Notes under the pieces: generated by a model | Told to the model about the DNA's origin: nothing | The model's input: the letters and a program-made list of their open reading frames with translations, nothing else | The model's database searches: none | NCBI GenBank assembly: GCA_030141605.1 | Contig: JAQGDQ010000704.1 | Coordinates: 1 to 64,000 of the forward strand | Source of the DNA: Tubiluchus corallicola | Taxonomy: Eukaryota; Animalia; Priapulida | Reading direction: 5' to 3' | DNA length: 64,000 nt | Part shown: positions 14,178 to 27,920 of the stretch, one piece after another | Position numbering within the stretch: position 1 is the first letter of the stretch | Layout of the letters: each line of letters begins with the position of its first letter | Program-made: the position numbers and the translations under genes

Positions 14178-14644
14178 CTCGGCTATTAGGAAGAAGAGCG
14201 GTTGATCTGAGATTCTGTCAGCAGCCGAATGATTACTATCCTGATCTAGAATGATCTCTGCATAGGCGTCGCAGAGGTCGTTGCAAGTGCTGAACAATGC
14301 CACCAGAAACTGTTCCGTCTCGTCCTGCCACCTGGCGGCGTTCGTGCAAATCTTCGGCAGCAGGGAGTTGTTCATCTCCGGTCCCTTCTGGCGACACGCC
14401 CGGCGCACGGCGTCCGCCGTCGGCCGCTCGCCGGCCAGGCACAACTCCAGCAAGGAATGTACGAAGAAGGCCAGAGTGATTCCGGCCTGCTTGTACAGGT
14501 TGGCCGCCACGCTGATCTTTGAGACCTTCTGCAGAAGGAACTTGAGACCGGGACGCATGTCGAACTCGCAGGCGACGCGATGCGACTCGCTCAGGCACTG
14601 CAGCAAAAGACAGACATGTCTCGCCGACAGTCGATGCAGCAAAC
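14178..14644 (-). CDS. ARFGEF3: ARFGEF3/BIG3-like exon
   Basis: Encodes LLHRLSARHV...ACEFDMRPGLKFLLQKVSKISVAANLYKQAG...; the FDxRPGLK..AANLY motif is characteristic of BIG3. Confidence 0.92.
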
Positions 14645-14728
14645 CTATAGATGAAACAGAAAAATAGGAGGAAATTAATGCCAATTAACAGTAATGCAAC
14701 TGTAGAAATTCGACATCAGAGCCAATAC

Positions 14729-14936
14729 CGGGGCCTATTTCACCCTAAGCGAGGCCCGGGGAAGTGGGGGTCGAAGCGCCTCGCTACCATGGTTGGCGCC
14801 CAGAAAATTTTCGAAGAGAAAATATGGCGTTATACAGTTGTTAAAGGAAAGAACAATTGAAAGAAAAACTGCTTTATTCTCAAGACAGTCCTTAATACTT
14901 GTCAATACTGGCAAACACCGTGCGCAAGAGAAGAGA

Positions 14937-15006
<70 letters not shown>

Positions 15007-15241
15007 AGAGAGAGAGAGAGAGAGAAGAAGAGACACGAAGTGCAGGCACATGGTTGGTAGACTTTGAACTGCTAGAACCAAAAATTTCAAGAGAAAATAT
15101 GGGTTATACAGTTGTTAAAGGAAAGAAAATTGAAAGAAAAACTGCTTTATTCTCAAGACCAGTCCTTAATACTTGTCACCCCTGGAGGCAGAGGCCCCAG
15201 GAACTATCCCCACTTCCCCCCCCCCCCTGAAATAGGCCCTG
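14729..15241. mobile_element. hAT-like MITE containing (GA)n
   Basis: TIR C(A/G)GGGCCTATTTCA; TSD GCCAATAC/GCCAAGAC. Confidence 0.7.
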
Positions 15242-15368
15242 GCCAAGACTACAAGCAGTTATTATCAAAACACCACAGACAAGGTGACGTCAATTACATA
15301 AGAAGACACAGTGATACAGTAATGCAACTGTTGAAATTCGACATAAGAGCCAATACTACAAGCCGTTA

Positions 15369-15940
15369 CAGTGTTCCCTCGCTACTTTGCGGTTCGTTTA
15401 TCGCGGACTCACTGTTTTGTGGTTTTCAAAAATATTGATGTAAAATATTTGTCGCAGTATTTTCGCTGTTTCTTGCGGTACTCCGTCTAAAGTATTTTTG
15501 CACATGCGTAGTACGTATTGTACAATAATGTATAGATTTGATGAATTTTGCATAAAAAAATTACAAAATGTATAAAAATATATTAAAACATTAAAATAAC
15601 ATTATATATCATAAAAAAATTACCATTTATATTAAATAGTGTATTTATTCGGCGGATGAATACACACCAAAAACGAAATGTAGTACTTGCGCCCGCTTGA
15701 GATGCTACTTGCCGACGTGAGATTGTACACAACACACGTCAAATTTTTGAAATTACGTATCTACGTTTAAGAGTTTAAAATATTTTTATGAACATTTATG
15801 TATAAGAGTGTGGGGAGGGTTTACAAAGACTTAAAATAATGTATAACTACTAAGATAAGTATAGCGTCCCTACTTCGCGGAAATTCACTTATTGCGGGTG
15901 GGCCTGGAATGGAACGCCCGCGATAAGTGAGGGAACACTG
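15369..15940. mobile_element. Tc1/mariner (pogo/Tigger-like) MITE
   Basis: TA|CAGTGTTCCCTC...GAGGGAACACTG|TA; partial copy at ~20548-20665. Confidence 0.82.
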
Positions 15941-16903
15941 TACTCTTTTGAAATTTAATTTATGGACTAACGCATTTGTTATCTTTCTGGCATCAAAGAG
16001 ACCCAATTTTCAGTTGAATGACAATTTCGAAGACTGGTCACAGTGAAAAAAATGCGCTGCACAGAAGTAGGTGGGCACTAAGTACAAAACTCACGCACCA
16101 CACACGAGTATTCTTTTTCTTTCTAAATCTAAAAGATATCAGTTACAATAGCAACTCTGTTTTCGACCATAATTTGTTCATAAAAAGCGTTTGAAAACCG
16201 ATCTGGTTGAGAACCGAATCATTTATTCCCGTGAGAAATAATGTAAAAGTAAATTATCCGTTCTCAAGCAGCAAATGAACCGTAAAGTGTTACTAAAACG
16301 AAATATAATAATACAAAAATGTTTATTCAAACAGTAGATATGATATAATTGATAAGAAAGACATAAAAGAATTACTTTGAAAGAAAAACGTTTCTGCATG
16401 AAAAAGCAGAGAAAAATAAGCGTAGAAAGCATTTAGCGATGTTAGGCGATTCAAATCTTGTGCGTGACTACTCTCGGGCGTGGTCGGTTACGCTCGGCTC
16501 TACTCGGCTCGCCGCGCATGCGTTCATCACGTGTCTGGCGGCCGGTCGAGTGCCGAAATTCTGGTCGAGAACGGAGACAATTTCAGCTCCAATTTTCTGA
16601 TCGAAAACCGATTTGTACGAGTACGGAGATATTCGACAACGGAGGTACGACTGCATTAGACAGTGCTTGAGTTCCAGGAAGCTGATTATAAAGTGCGTCA
16701 TTATTATGTGTAATAGTTACATATAAATATGTTCGAAATGTTATTATTTATTATAAAGTTGTAACAACAAGATTTTTAATTGATCCTTGGGGAGCTCATC
16801 TTGCGTTATAATAATTATGATAATAATAGTAGTAAGTTAGTAAGTAAGTAAAAAAAATTATTCGTCTCTGAAAGTTACAAAGTTAGTAATTGGCAACACG
16901 AAC

Positions 16904-17064
16904 CCGGTGCTGATTGTCCTTCTGATTTCTCGTTCGAATCAAAAGACTGCAGGCTGGCAATGGCGGGCGTGACCCTGGCGGTACCCTTCAGCAGGACACA
17001 CCCCAAGGTTTGTAATAAGATCTGGTGGGACAGCAATCCGACAACGATGTTTCTGTACGGCACC
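16904..17064 (-). CDS. ARFGEF3: ARFGEF3/BIG3-like exon
   Basis: Encodes VPYRNIVVGLLSHQILLQTLGCVLLKG...GQSAP. The donor position was inferred from phase. Confidence 0.8.
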
Positions 17065-17504
17065 CTACAAACGGAACAAGAAACCACCGTAGAAAAAAAG
17101 AGAAAAGCTTAAAAGCCAAAACCACCGATAATACATAACTATAAGCCATCATAGTTTAATTTACACAATTTATTTTGCTGCTTCTAGGCTTTTCGTGACT
17201 TTGCTTTCACTGACTTACTCACTAACTGATTAACTGACTCCTTTAATGTAATTGCTGTTGCAAAATGCTGGATTATACAACGATTTTGTTAGGCCTTTAT
17301 TTAGGCGCTGTTTTATTGAGCCAGCAGAACGTACCCTGTTCAGCAAAGCAAAGAGACGATAGTTTTTTGTAAAGTGGCTCCATTAAACTATTGCTTTCAG
17401 TGAAAGTAGTTTAATGCAGTAAAGTTCTTTTCAATCCTCCTTTTAAAGCAATAAATGCACTTTTATTTTCATTCTACGACGCATAACTAGAACTAAGTTA
17501 CGAT

Positions 17505-18270
17505 CCTTCAAAGTAGAATACACCAAAAATTTGGTAAAATGTCAATTTTTTGTTTTTTTATCAAACAAGTGCTAAATATATTGGAATTTCATATTCTAGC
17601 ATCAAATTATCAAGAAAATGTTCACAAAATACTAAACATTTAATTTTATGACCTCCTACCCACTTTTCTGTCTAGAAACTAGTGCTGCAATTGTAAAAAA
17701 ACTTGTATTTTCAAACTCTAATAGTAGCTCGTGGAAGCAGTCATTTTGCTTCATTTTTTTCTGTTGCCAGGCCCAGATATTCGTCAGGAAGAGCCATCTA
17801 CTGAATTTAAACATAACTTCAACGTGCTCTTGCAAAGCCCATAGCAACCAACATTTGTGCAGTTGCTAAGTGTTTTGTAGAGACGCAATAAAAAACAATG
17901 GCTGACTTTAACAGTGATTTTCTCAAGATTATGTTTTTCAGTGTGCAGCCTGCACCTCAACTTCAATGTGGATTATCTCAGCTTAGAAATAACATAGAGT
18001 GATGAACTTGGTATCAAAATGATCCTCATGAAATGGAGATTCAGGATATATGAATAACTAAAGCTTAATTGCCGACTTATGGTCAACTTTCCTATGCATG
18101 TTCACACAAACGGACCTCAACTTCAATGTAGATTATCTCAGCTTAGAAATAACATAGAGCGATGAACTTGGTATCAAAATGATCCTCATGAAATGGAAAT
18201 TCAGGATATGTGAATAACTAGAAAAGCTTAATTGCTGACTTATGGACGTTTTTGCCAAGCAAACACACAT
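17505..18270 (+). mobile_element. Interspersed repeat family D (probable DNA transposon)
   Basis: Homologous to 29160-30280; its terminal ~160-bp segment is tandemly repeated. Confidence 0.6.
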
Positions 18271-18628
18271 ATTTTTAATCATTCACAGTAAAAAAGCCAA
18301 CAAACAAAGTTTGCGAAAGTAGTGGCTCAGTAGTTTACTAGAAAAATTAAAACTCAATACTCTAGCAAATGTTTGTGGCTGCCGTAAAATTATATTTAAA
18401 AAGGAATTGACATAGCTAAATAATTGAATTTCGGTGTAATTAAGTATGATAAGGTAAATCAAATAATTATTAATACATAATTATCTCTGTTCTGGAAGTA
18501 AACTATTAACTAAATTGCTCTGATTTTTAATGTCAACAAATTACATTCGCATAACGAAAACTTGACCATGCCGTGCCTTTTGAATTCCAAAAAAAAACAA
18601 TGCCCCTGCGGTATAGAGATGCCATTAA

Positions 18629-19183
18629 AGGAAGACCGGACGATTGTTTAGACTCAATCTCATTTTAATTTACTGTCCAAAATATACATTCTCTTACCTA
18701 TAAAAGTTAACAATTGTTCCTTATATTTGAATAATTAGCTTAGAAAGTTAATTAACGGCAACCGAACACTGCTATTGCTTACGTCAGAAACTAACCACAG
18801 TTTATGCAATGGCAGGCGTCTTCCTTGCGCATCAAGCACATTTGCATAGGTGTTACAGTACTGTTTAAATGCGCGATGTCACGAAAAATTGGCTCCACGT
18901 CATATGACGTCAGAAACTAACAGTGCAGTTCATTATCATGGTTATCACGGTACCGCCTTGTATTTATTGGCCGCGTGAATGTGACAAAAAGGTGCTGCTG
19001 CCAATCTTAGTAGATTCACTGAGCCGCGCGTAGCTTTGAAAGTTTAACGAAATTTGAGTATCCGAGGTGATTATTATTTAATCTAAACTATTGTAGTTTT
19101 CAATATTTTAGACCATCTTTTTCTAATGTTTTACTCTAATTCTTTATTCTGAACTAATGTTTACACAATCGTCCGGTTTTCCT
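18629..19183 (-). mobile_element. Kolobok-like family B, copy 2
   Basis: TTAA|AGGAAGACCGGACGATTG...CAATCGTCCGGTTTTCCT|TTAA. Confidence 0.8.
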
Positions 19184-20309
19184 TTAAATAACGATAACCG
19201 TAGGGCGACGATCACATACAGAGTAACACAGACAAAAAGTCAGAAAGAAGAAGGCTGGTATAAGAGTAACCCAGCGTGGTCAGCAGCATGGTCAGCAGCA
19301 TGGTCAGCATGCTTGACAAGAACATGGCCTGCAAGAGTACACCAGTTATGAATACTTTTTTGAAAAAAAGTTATAAAAAAGAGAACAATTTTCAGACCAC
19401 AGTTCATTTTGACACACATTTCCTTACATGTAAGTACAAAATTATTTATAAAATTATTTATTATTTATTATTTATATTTATTATTTATTTATTTATATTT
19501 ATGTTGTGTATATAAATAATATCTTGCTTAGAAACTTAGTTAACTTGGTAGACAAATGCAGTTAGCAATTTCACTACTGGGTACAATTCTTGCAACTGCA
19601 ATACTTTTTACACACTTTTGGAAAATTAAAAAATGTGGTGATGACGAAGCACAAAAGTTTCGAATTGTATGTTCACAAATTCACAGATTTAGGTTTCGCA
19701 ACAGCGTATGCACTTATGATACATGAGACCATAGCTCATTTTAACACTTTCATACCCGTTGTATCCCCTGGGAAACGAGAATATTTTCTGCCTTTAAAAT
19801 TAATAAAATTTTAAAACTGACAGTTATTTGATCTGTTAATAGTTATTTTGATTTAAGCCAATAACAATAGACTAAAAATGGTGATAAAATGGCAAACTAG
19901 AACATCTACATAGCATAAAAAACTGCGCAAGGTACAGTACTTTAGAGACGACTTTGTACAGATCAGCATAGCATGCATACTGAATGTCTTAAATACTTTA
20001 AAAAATGATCAGCAGTTGCAAAATGAAGCACATTTTATGCTTCCATTGAATCCCAATGTATCCCGTGGGATACAGGCTATATTTAGCACGCGGGCACAGG
20101 TAGAAAAAAATAATTACTATGTGTAAACAAGATGGACATACTGAACAAAAGTACCAAGCCAAAAATTTTTCTTGTTAAAAAAATAATTTGGGACTGAAAG
20201 GGTTAAGATATGGTCTAAAATTGGGTACTCCGTTCCTTTAATAAAAGACGTAGACCTTATAATGGGAAAACCTTGCATTTGTGACATAAACAAACGAATC
20301 GTTTCTAAC

Positions 20310-20440
20310 CTGACGATGAATTTCTCAACATTGAGAAGATTATCCGCATCCGGTGGATAAAGCAAGAAGATGAATGATCTACTATCGTCCATGTCATCAA
20401 TTCGACCCTGATTTAATCTCTGCGTGTCGAGCAAAAATAC
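20310..20440 (-). CDS. ARFGEF3: ARFGEF3/BIG3-like exon
   Basis: Encodes VFLLDTQR...SRSFIFLLYPPDADNLLNVEKFIV. Confidence 0.85.
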
Positions 20441-20669
20441 CTGTAACAACAAGAATAGCAGCATTATGGGAAAAGGCTGCAGAATCAACATTCCAGGATG
20501 ACACGAATTCAGTCATGCTCGGCTTAAGATACAACTTAACAAGCATTACTACTTCATGGTTCGTTTACGCGGACTCTCTGTTTCGCGGGTTTTCAAAAAT
20601 ATTAATGTAAAATATTTATCGCGGTACTTTCGCTATTTCGTGGGTTTTTGCAGTACTCCGTCTAAAGGA

Positions 20670-21815
20670 ACGTTTGAATAGGAGTGGCCCGTACTAGATG
20701 TTTTTGAGTCAATTATGCGGAGTTGCCAGAGTCAATTGTCGACAGTTTTCATGCACGTGAATAGGATAGGCCTGTACTAGACGTTTTTGAGTCAACTATG
20801 CAAAGTTATTTGAGTCAATTGTCGACAGTTTTCATATACATTTGATTAGGAGTGGTCCGTACTAGATGCTTTTGAGACAATTATGCGAAGTTATTTAAAT
20901 CAATTGTCGACAGTTTTCATATACATTTGATTAGGAGTGGCCCGTACTAGATGTTTTTGAGTCAACTATGCAAAGTTATTTGAGTCAATTGTCGACAGTT
21001 TTCATATACATTTGATTAGGAGTGGCCCGTACTAGATGTTTTTGAGTCAATTATGCGGAGTTGCTTGAGTCAATTGTCGACAGTTTTCATATACGTTTGA
21101 ATAGGAGTGGCCCGTACTAGATGTTTTTGAGTCACTTATGCAGAGTTATGTGAGTCAATTATCGACAGTTTTCATATACGTTTGAATAGGAGTGGCCCGT
21201 ACTAGATGTTTTTGAGTCAATTATGTGGAGTTGCCAGAGTCAATTGTCGACAGTTTTCACATACGTTTGAATAGGAGTGGCCCGTACTAGATGTTTTTGA
21301 GTCAATTATGCGGAGTTGCTAGAGTCAATTGTCGACAGTTTTCATATACACTTGAATAGGAGTGGCCCGTACTAGATGTTTTGAGTCAATTATACGGAGT
21401 TGCTAGAGTCAATTGTCGACAGTTTTCACATACATTTGAATAGGAGTGGCCCGTACTAGATGTTTTTGAGTCAATTATACGGAGTTGCTAGAGTCAATTG
21501 TCGACAGTTTTCACATACATTTGAATAGGAGTGGCTTGTACTAGATGTTTCTGAGTCAATTATGCAGAGTTATTTGAGTCAATTATCGACAGTTTTCACA
21601 TACGTTTGAATAGGAGTGGCTTGTACTAGATGTTTCTGAGTCAATTATGCAGAGTTATTTGAGTCAATTATCGACAGTTTTCATATACGTTTGAATAGGC
21701 GTGGCTTGTACTAGATGTTTCTGAGTCAATTATGCGGAGTTGCCAGAGTCAATTATCGACAGTTTTCATACACGTGAAAAGGAGTGGCCCATACTAGATG
21801 TTTTTGACTCAATTA
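20670..21815. repeat. Tandem repeat, 85-bp unit (~13 copies)
   Basis: AGGAGTGGCCCGTACTAGATGTTTTTGAGTCAATT... recurs at 21103, 21188 and onward. Confidence 0.95.
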
Positions 21816-21914
21816 GGTGACTGATTCTATTAAGCGTAAGTTTACTATATGGTACCTACTACAACAGCTAAATACAAAAAAATGAGATGACAAAAATGTC
21901 ACGAAGCTACGAAC

Positions 21915-22143
21915 CTGCTGAGAAAGTTTATACAACCTCTCGGCGTCTGCCTGCCGACAGTCCCGCCGTGCTGCCACCTTCACGTGCCCCACGTCGCCGT
22001 AGTAGTTGTCGCTGTTGGCATGGAAACAGGACATCAGCAGCTTCAGGCTGTGCAACGTCACGTGAAAAGCGCGCAGTAAAGAACGACTGATGACGTCCCA
22101 CATCGACGGGGAGCAGTGCTCCCCGGCCGATAACAACAAATGT
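21915..22143 (-). CDS. ARFGEF3: ARFGEF3/BIG3-like exon
   Basis: Encodes HLLLSAGEHCSPSMWDVI...LMSCFHANSDNYYGDVGHVKVAARRDC...RLYKLSQQ. Confidence 0.9.
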
Positions 22144-22321
22144 CTGAAACGGGCAAGAAATAAACGTTCGTGGTTAAAACGACACAATTTTTCGTTTCAC
22201 ATACCAATAAAACTTGTAAATTAAACGTCGCTAAAAGAGGTGACATTAAGCGAGGACTTACTTTACATATAACCTGCGATGGAATCTGAGAAATGGACTA
22301 GCAGAAACCCAGCAGATTTAC

Positions 22322-22436
22322 CTGAGGCACGAGCATCCTAGGCGTGAAATAGACTCAGCAGGTTGAGCTATGCACTCGACTGCCACATCCAAGAGTTGCT
22401 TTAACATGAACGAAATACTGACTTCAGTGGAAGCAT
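22322..22436 (-). CDS. ARFGEF3: ARFGEF3/BIG3-like exon (not in ORF track)
   Basis: Manual translation DASTEVSISFMLKQLLDVAVECIAQPAESISRLGCSCLR; gcAG/GTAAAT boundaries. Confidence 0.88.
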
Positions 22437-22564
22437 CTGCAGAACACACGATACTCTAATTAATTAACAAACTAATCAATTGATAAATTAAAGAGTTTTA
22501 CAACAACTTATACCAACGCACTGCATTGCCAAAAAATTTATGGGTTACATTATTTACTAAGAGA

Positions 22565-23280
22565 CCGTTGTCGTCGTCATCATTGTTGTTATAGTTCTGG
22601 TCCCGTCCTCGATGTTGCCGTCATCATCGTAGTAGTAATCGCCATTGTCGTCGTCATCATCAACATCAACAATACCATTATCACCATCACCATCACCATC
22701 ATCATCATTGTTGTTATAGTTCTGGTCCGCGTCGTCGATGTTGCCCGTCATCATCGTGGTCATCGTCATCATCATCATCATCATCATCATCAACATCATC
22801 ACCATCAACAACACCATTATCACCATCACCTTCACCATCACCATCACCATCACCATCAGCATCATCATCATCATTGTTGTTAAAGTTCTGGTCCGCGGCC
22901 TCGATGTTTTCCATCATCATCATAGTAATCGTCATCGTCGTCGTCATCATCATCATCAACATCATCACCATCACCATCACCATCACCTTCACCATCACAT
23001 CAACATCATCATCATCATTGTAGTTAAAGTTCTGGTCCGCGGCCTCGATGTTTTCCATCATCATCATAGTAATCGTCATCGTCGTCGTCATCATCATCAT
23101 CAACATCATCACCATCACCATCACCATCACCTTCACCATCAACATCATCATCATCATTGTAGTTAAAGTTCTGGTCCGCGGCCTCGATGTTGTCCGTCAT
23201 CATCATAGTAATCGTCATCGTCGTCGTCATCATCATCATCACCACCACCAACACCATCACCATCACCATCATCATCACGA
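22565..23280. repeat. Compound (CAT/CAC/CGT)n trinucleotide tract with higher-order repeats
   Basis: Anchor AGTTCTGGTCCGCGGCCTCGATG recurs about 5 times. Confidence 0.9.
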
Positions 23281-23571
23281 TTTGCAATCAATGGATTCCA
23301 ATAATAAACACTTTTTTGCGAAATTATTCATATTTCCTAAGCAAGAGCGCAGCATTAGTCCCTGAACTACACAATCACTACAAAATGGATATAGAGAAAC
23401 GTCCCAAGCTAAAACTGATGTGAAAGAAGTGAGAAGACTGTCTTTTCTCACATGCAGTGTTTTATTAGAAACTTTCTCAAACTCGGCCAAGCACTGCAAC
23501 AAACCACTGCAGTGTAGAAAGTGTAAGCAACACCTTGCCAATGGTGTTTGACACTTGTCATACTCACAAGC

Positions 23572-24076
23572 TTCTTCTTCTTCTTCTTCCCAGCTTTTCC
23601 CTATTCAGGGTCGCCGTTGTGAATGAGTCTTCTCCACGCATTCCTGTTGTTGACCATCTCTTCATTTATGTCTTCCCTTCCCACATGATCTTCACCGACT
23701 CTTCTTTTCAGGTGGCCATACCATCGCAATCTTGCGAGACTTCCACTACTTTTACTGTTCCTCTCATATTATTATTTCTAATTTTATCTCTTCTTGTTAT
23801 TCCCACCATCCATCTCAACATCCTCATCTCACCACACCCATTTTCTTCTCTTCGGTCTTCTTTAGAGAAGCTGCTTCCAGCCCACAGATTAGAGCGGGTC
23901 TGACCACTTCTTTGTGGACTTTACCTTTAAATCTCACCGGCTCATTCATAGAAGGTTTTGGCGCAGTTTTTACAGGCGGATGCCCTTCCTGACGCTAACC
24001 CTGCCTATTTATCCGGGCTTGGGACAGGCACTGAGTTGGGCTGGCTTGCCTCCCCCCCCCCCCAGTGGCTAGGTTC
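23572..24076 (-). mobile_element. Internally deleted non-autonomous RTE-clade retroelement
   Basis: 15-bp TSD GTCATACTCACAAGC (23557-71 and 24077-91), (GAA)n tail, remnant EMRMLRWMVGITRRDKIRN, and RTE-type motif GGATGCCCTTCCTGACGC. Confidence 0.85.
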
Positions 24077-24133
24077 GTCATACTCACAAGCAATGCGTTA
24101 AAATGAACACAATAAAGTTGTTGTATTACTTAC

Positions 24134-24307
24134 CGGTGTATGAAGTGACAAACTTCACCACGATGTCGGTACACATGCCAAAACTTTGCTTAAAATTAGT
24201 CGTCACCGAACTCTCCCAGAATCCGTTGATTTGGGAGTTGCGACGAAGCCAGCCCTGCAGCATCGGCAGCAGCAGATGGTTGATGCAGTAAACAGCAAAC
24301 CGCACAC
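24134..24307 (-). CDS. ARFGEF3: ARFGEF3/BIG3-like exon
   Basis: Encodes VRFAVYCINHLLLPMLQGWLRR...NFKQSFGMCTDIVVKFVTSYT. Confidence 0.88.
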
Positions 24308-24341
24308 CTGCAAGCAAGCACACCTGGATTAAACAGAGACT

Positions 24342-24555
<214 letters not shown>

Positions 24556-24813
24556 TATTATAAGTCTTTTATTAAACAATAAATACATTGTTTCCCCTCT
24601 ATTTGCAGGGGTTCGTTTACAAAATATAAATTTACAATAACAAGAATATACATAATGCCAATTTTGTACATACATACTCTAGTAGTAGTGTTTCAGTTTT
24701 CTAACTTTTACATATATACATCAAAACCACAATTTTAACTTTCGTTTGCAAGCACACATGGAAAAAATAATACATAAAGTCAGCAAACTCTTCCTATGTC
24801 TACTTTTGCATAC

Positions 24814-25017
24814 CAGGTTCTTCAGCTACAGACTTTAGTAGAGTAAACAGCAGTTCCAGCGTATGAGGTTGGTACACTCGCGGACAGGTGACCACGGCAC
24901 CGGTCAATCCTTCCAGCAGCAGAAACCACACGCGAAGGATGCCCGTACTGTTGTCTAACGACTCTAGCGTTGCCGCGGCGATGTACTGAGCAAACTCCGA
25001 TTTGCTGTCGTATTCCC
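24814..25017 (-). CDS. ARFGEF3: ARFGEF3/BIG3-like exon
   Basis: Encodes EYDSKSEF...LDNSTGILRVWFLLLEGLTGAVVTCPRVYQPHTLELLFTLLKSVAEEP. Confidence 0.88.
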
Positions 25018-26210
25018 CTAGGACAAAATCGTACATCAGACGAAAGATATGTGCACAGTACGAACATTGGATGGAAATATGTGCAATTTATGTTGCAAGT
25101 CAGAAACATGCATCTACTGCTGCAGTGAAAACATGCTAATAGATGCCAACTGAAATTGTTTTTAGCAAATAATAGGATTCCTTAACCCTTTCTGTTGGGG
25201 ATAATGATACTGTAATGTGCTGCCACCTTTTAGGCCTTTAGGCCTTGAATGAATTACTTGCTGTAAATTTGGACTGTATACTAATACTCAGGTGATTCAT
25301 CTTTCTTTATACAGAAAGCAATAGGACAGTAAAGTGTCACACTGTCTTGATTCTGTTAATATAGCCTGATTTGATCTTGTGGAAGTAAATGTGACTTGTG
25401 ACTTGCAGTTTGTGGATGCTTTTAAGATTTAAATGCCAGAGCTGCCAATATACGTGAGTTCACAGTTTAATTTTTTTTATGATGCTTCTACTGAATTTGT
25501 AATACTCAGTAATGTCAGATTCTGCGTGATTACATGGTTAATAGTCAATGTAATCGTTATGTTTAATATGAAATCCAACAAACATGTCGGATATTTAATC
25601 ATTTTTGTTTATATGAACCAAATGTGGAATAATTTTGTAGCAATTGCAAAATATGTTTACGTAAATTAGGAAAAATTATTTAAGAACAGTTTGTTTTTGT
25701 AATACACCCCTAAATGATTTAATATTTTGATTTATCTTTTTCCCCAGAATAAATAACCGTTAGCAAGCCAATGCGGAATCAGAAATTTTTGTTTTGGGAC
25801 ATTCCGTTCGCTACACTTTCACTACAGAAGGCGGCACACTGCCACCTATGTTTTTCATGCAAGAGACGGAAGGCAGTAAACTGCCGCCCAAGCTCACCAT
25901 TAAACGCAGTCACCCAGGTCTGTTTATTTCACTGCTACAGCCATGGAAAACAGTGTTAGAAAACTTTAACAGCCTTGGGATTGGGGTTGCCTTGCAACAA
26001 GTGACGCTAGGCAGCCAATCAGCATCTGAAGCCAGGTGCATTCCACAATACTGCACTATATGGTATGTTCCTACACAAAGTCACTAGTAGATCGTTGATG
26101 AAACGTATGTTTAGTTGATTGTTCTGCATTCTTATAAAGTGATTTCATATTATGGATTAGTATTGTGTCTTTTGCGAAAATTGGCTTCTAAATATAAGTA
26201 CATGCTTATT

Positions 26211-26309
<99 letters not shown>

Positions 26310-27920
26310 GTAAGTGCATGTATGTGTGCTTGTGTATGTATGTGCATGTGTAGAAACAAAATAATACTTAATATTAGCACTCAATAAGGAACAACTATTT
26401 GTTCATTTGCAAGCTTCTGTTTCAGTAACACACCACAAGAAGTTATTGTCAAATGTGCAAGAGTCAATGTGGCCCAGTGAAAGGGTTAATTAACCACAAC
26501 TGGTTTAGACAAGCAAATTATTATACAACTGATCGGCAACACACACACACTGAATGTAATTTTTTTCACAAATCTTGAAATTGCATAAATTGCATTTAAA
26601 TTGAATTTCACAATTCTTTTGCAATTAAGATTACTTGTATCGACATAGATGACTAGTCGGGGCTGCAACAGCGAAAGTGGGTGCGCTTCTATTTTTATTA
26701 GCAAATTTTATCCCGCTGAATAATGTGGATGGTTTATAAGATTCAACTGACTGTTGGCATCATCAGGCTGTCCTGTAGACAGTTAATGGAAGACAGGATG
26801 ATTTTTCATATACTATAGTAACATCTACTATAGTATATGAAAAAGGTTTTTAAGTCCGATAAAAACTATACATTTTAACTCAATTGATACTGTAAAAGCA
26901 TTTCTGATAATTAAACAATACATTAAAATCTTAATTAACAGCGGGCAAGCCCAACTATTGGATGACATCACAAACTAACAATTTTCAACAGCAAAAATAT
27001 TCCACGTGCATGTTGCACGTGTTTGCAAAAGCGAAAATTGAAGTACAGTGTTACTGTAAGATATTCAGTGTGTTGTACTAAAACTAGGCATGTTTTAAGA
27101 TAAAAATTCAAATTTCAAATTCACCCCTGTGCTGACGCATGAGCTGTCGAACGTGTGTAGCTCGTCACAAACCAACACATCTGAACTGAGAGGCACAGCA
27201 CCTGTTTTTCGTGCAACACGTTTCCAAAATGCAGGCATTAGTGCCCGTCTAACCAGCAAATGGCAAAACGCATGTAACAGCGAAGAACTAGCGAATGTGA
27301 AATTGTGTTTGTGTGGTAATAAATCATTCACGTAAGTCATTTTTGAAAAAACAGCATGTTTACTTTCAATATTTTAAAATATTAAGATTAAGATTAAGAA
27401 CTTCATTAATGGCGGGTGAGCCAACTGTTGATGGCTTCACAAACTAACATAATTTTCAACAGTAAAAACATTCCACGAGCGTGTTGCACGTGTTTGCGAA
27501 AGCGAAAATTGAACTACAGTGCTACTGTAAAATATTCAGTGTGTTGTACTAAAACTAGGCAAGTTTTAAGATAAAAATTCAACATGAGCTGTGGAACGTG
27601 TGTAGCTCGTCACAAACTGACACACCTGAACTGAGAGGTACAGCACCTGGTGTTTTGTGCAATGCGTTTCCAAAAAGCAGGCGCTAGCGAATGGCGAAAT
27701 GCTTGTAGCAGCAAAGAACTAGCGGCGCAAACGTGTTTGTGTGGTAATAATTCTTTCGCGTAAGTCATTTTTGAAAAGAAAAAACAGGATGTTTACTTTC
27801 GATATTTTAAAGAGCAGATTGTTTTGACCTGCAGTTTAAGATTGGCTACGGCTTTCTTTTTTTGGAAAATCAATCGATGCAACACAGCAGAACGAAAGAA
27901 AAAAGAAAAAATGCTCGTAC

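Noticed and set aside
22557-23423. Poly-His/Asp/Met/Ile ORFs
   Set aside because: Translations of a trinucleotide tract; the BIG3 exon phases close without it.
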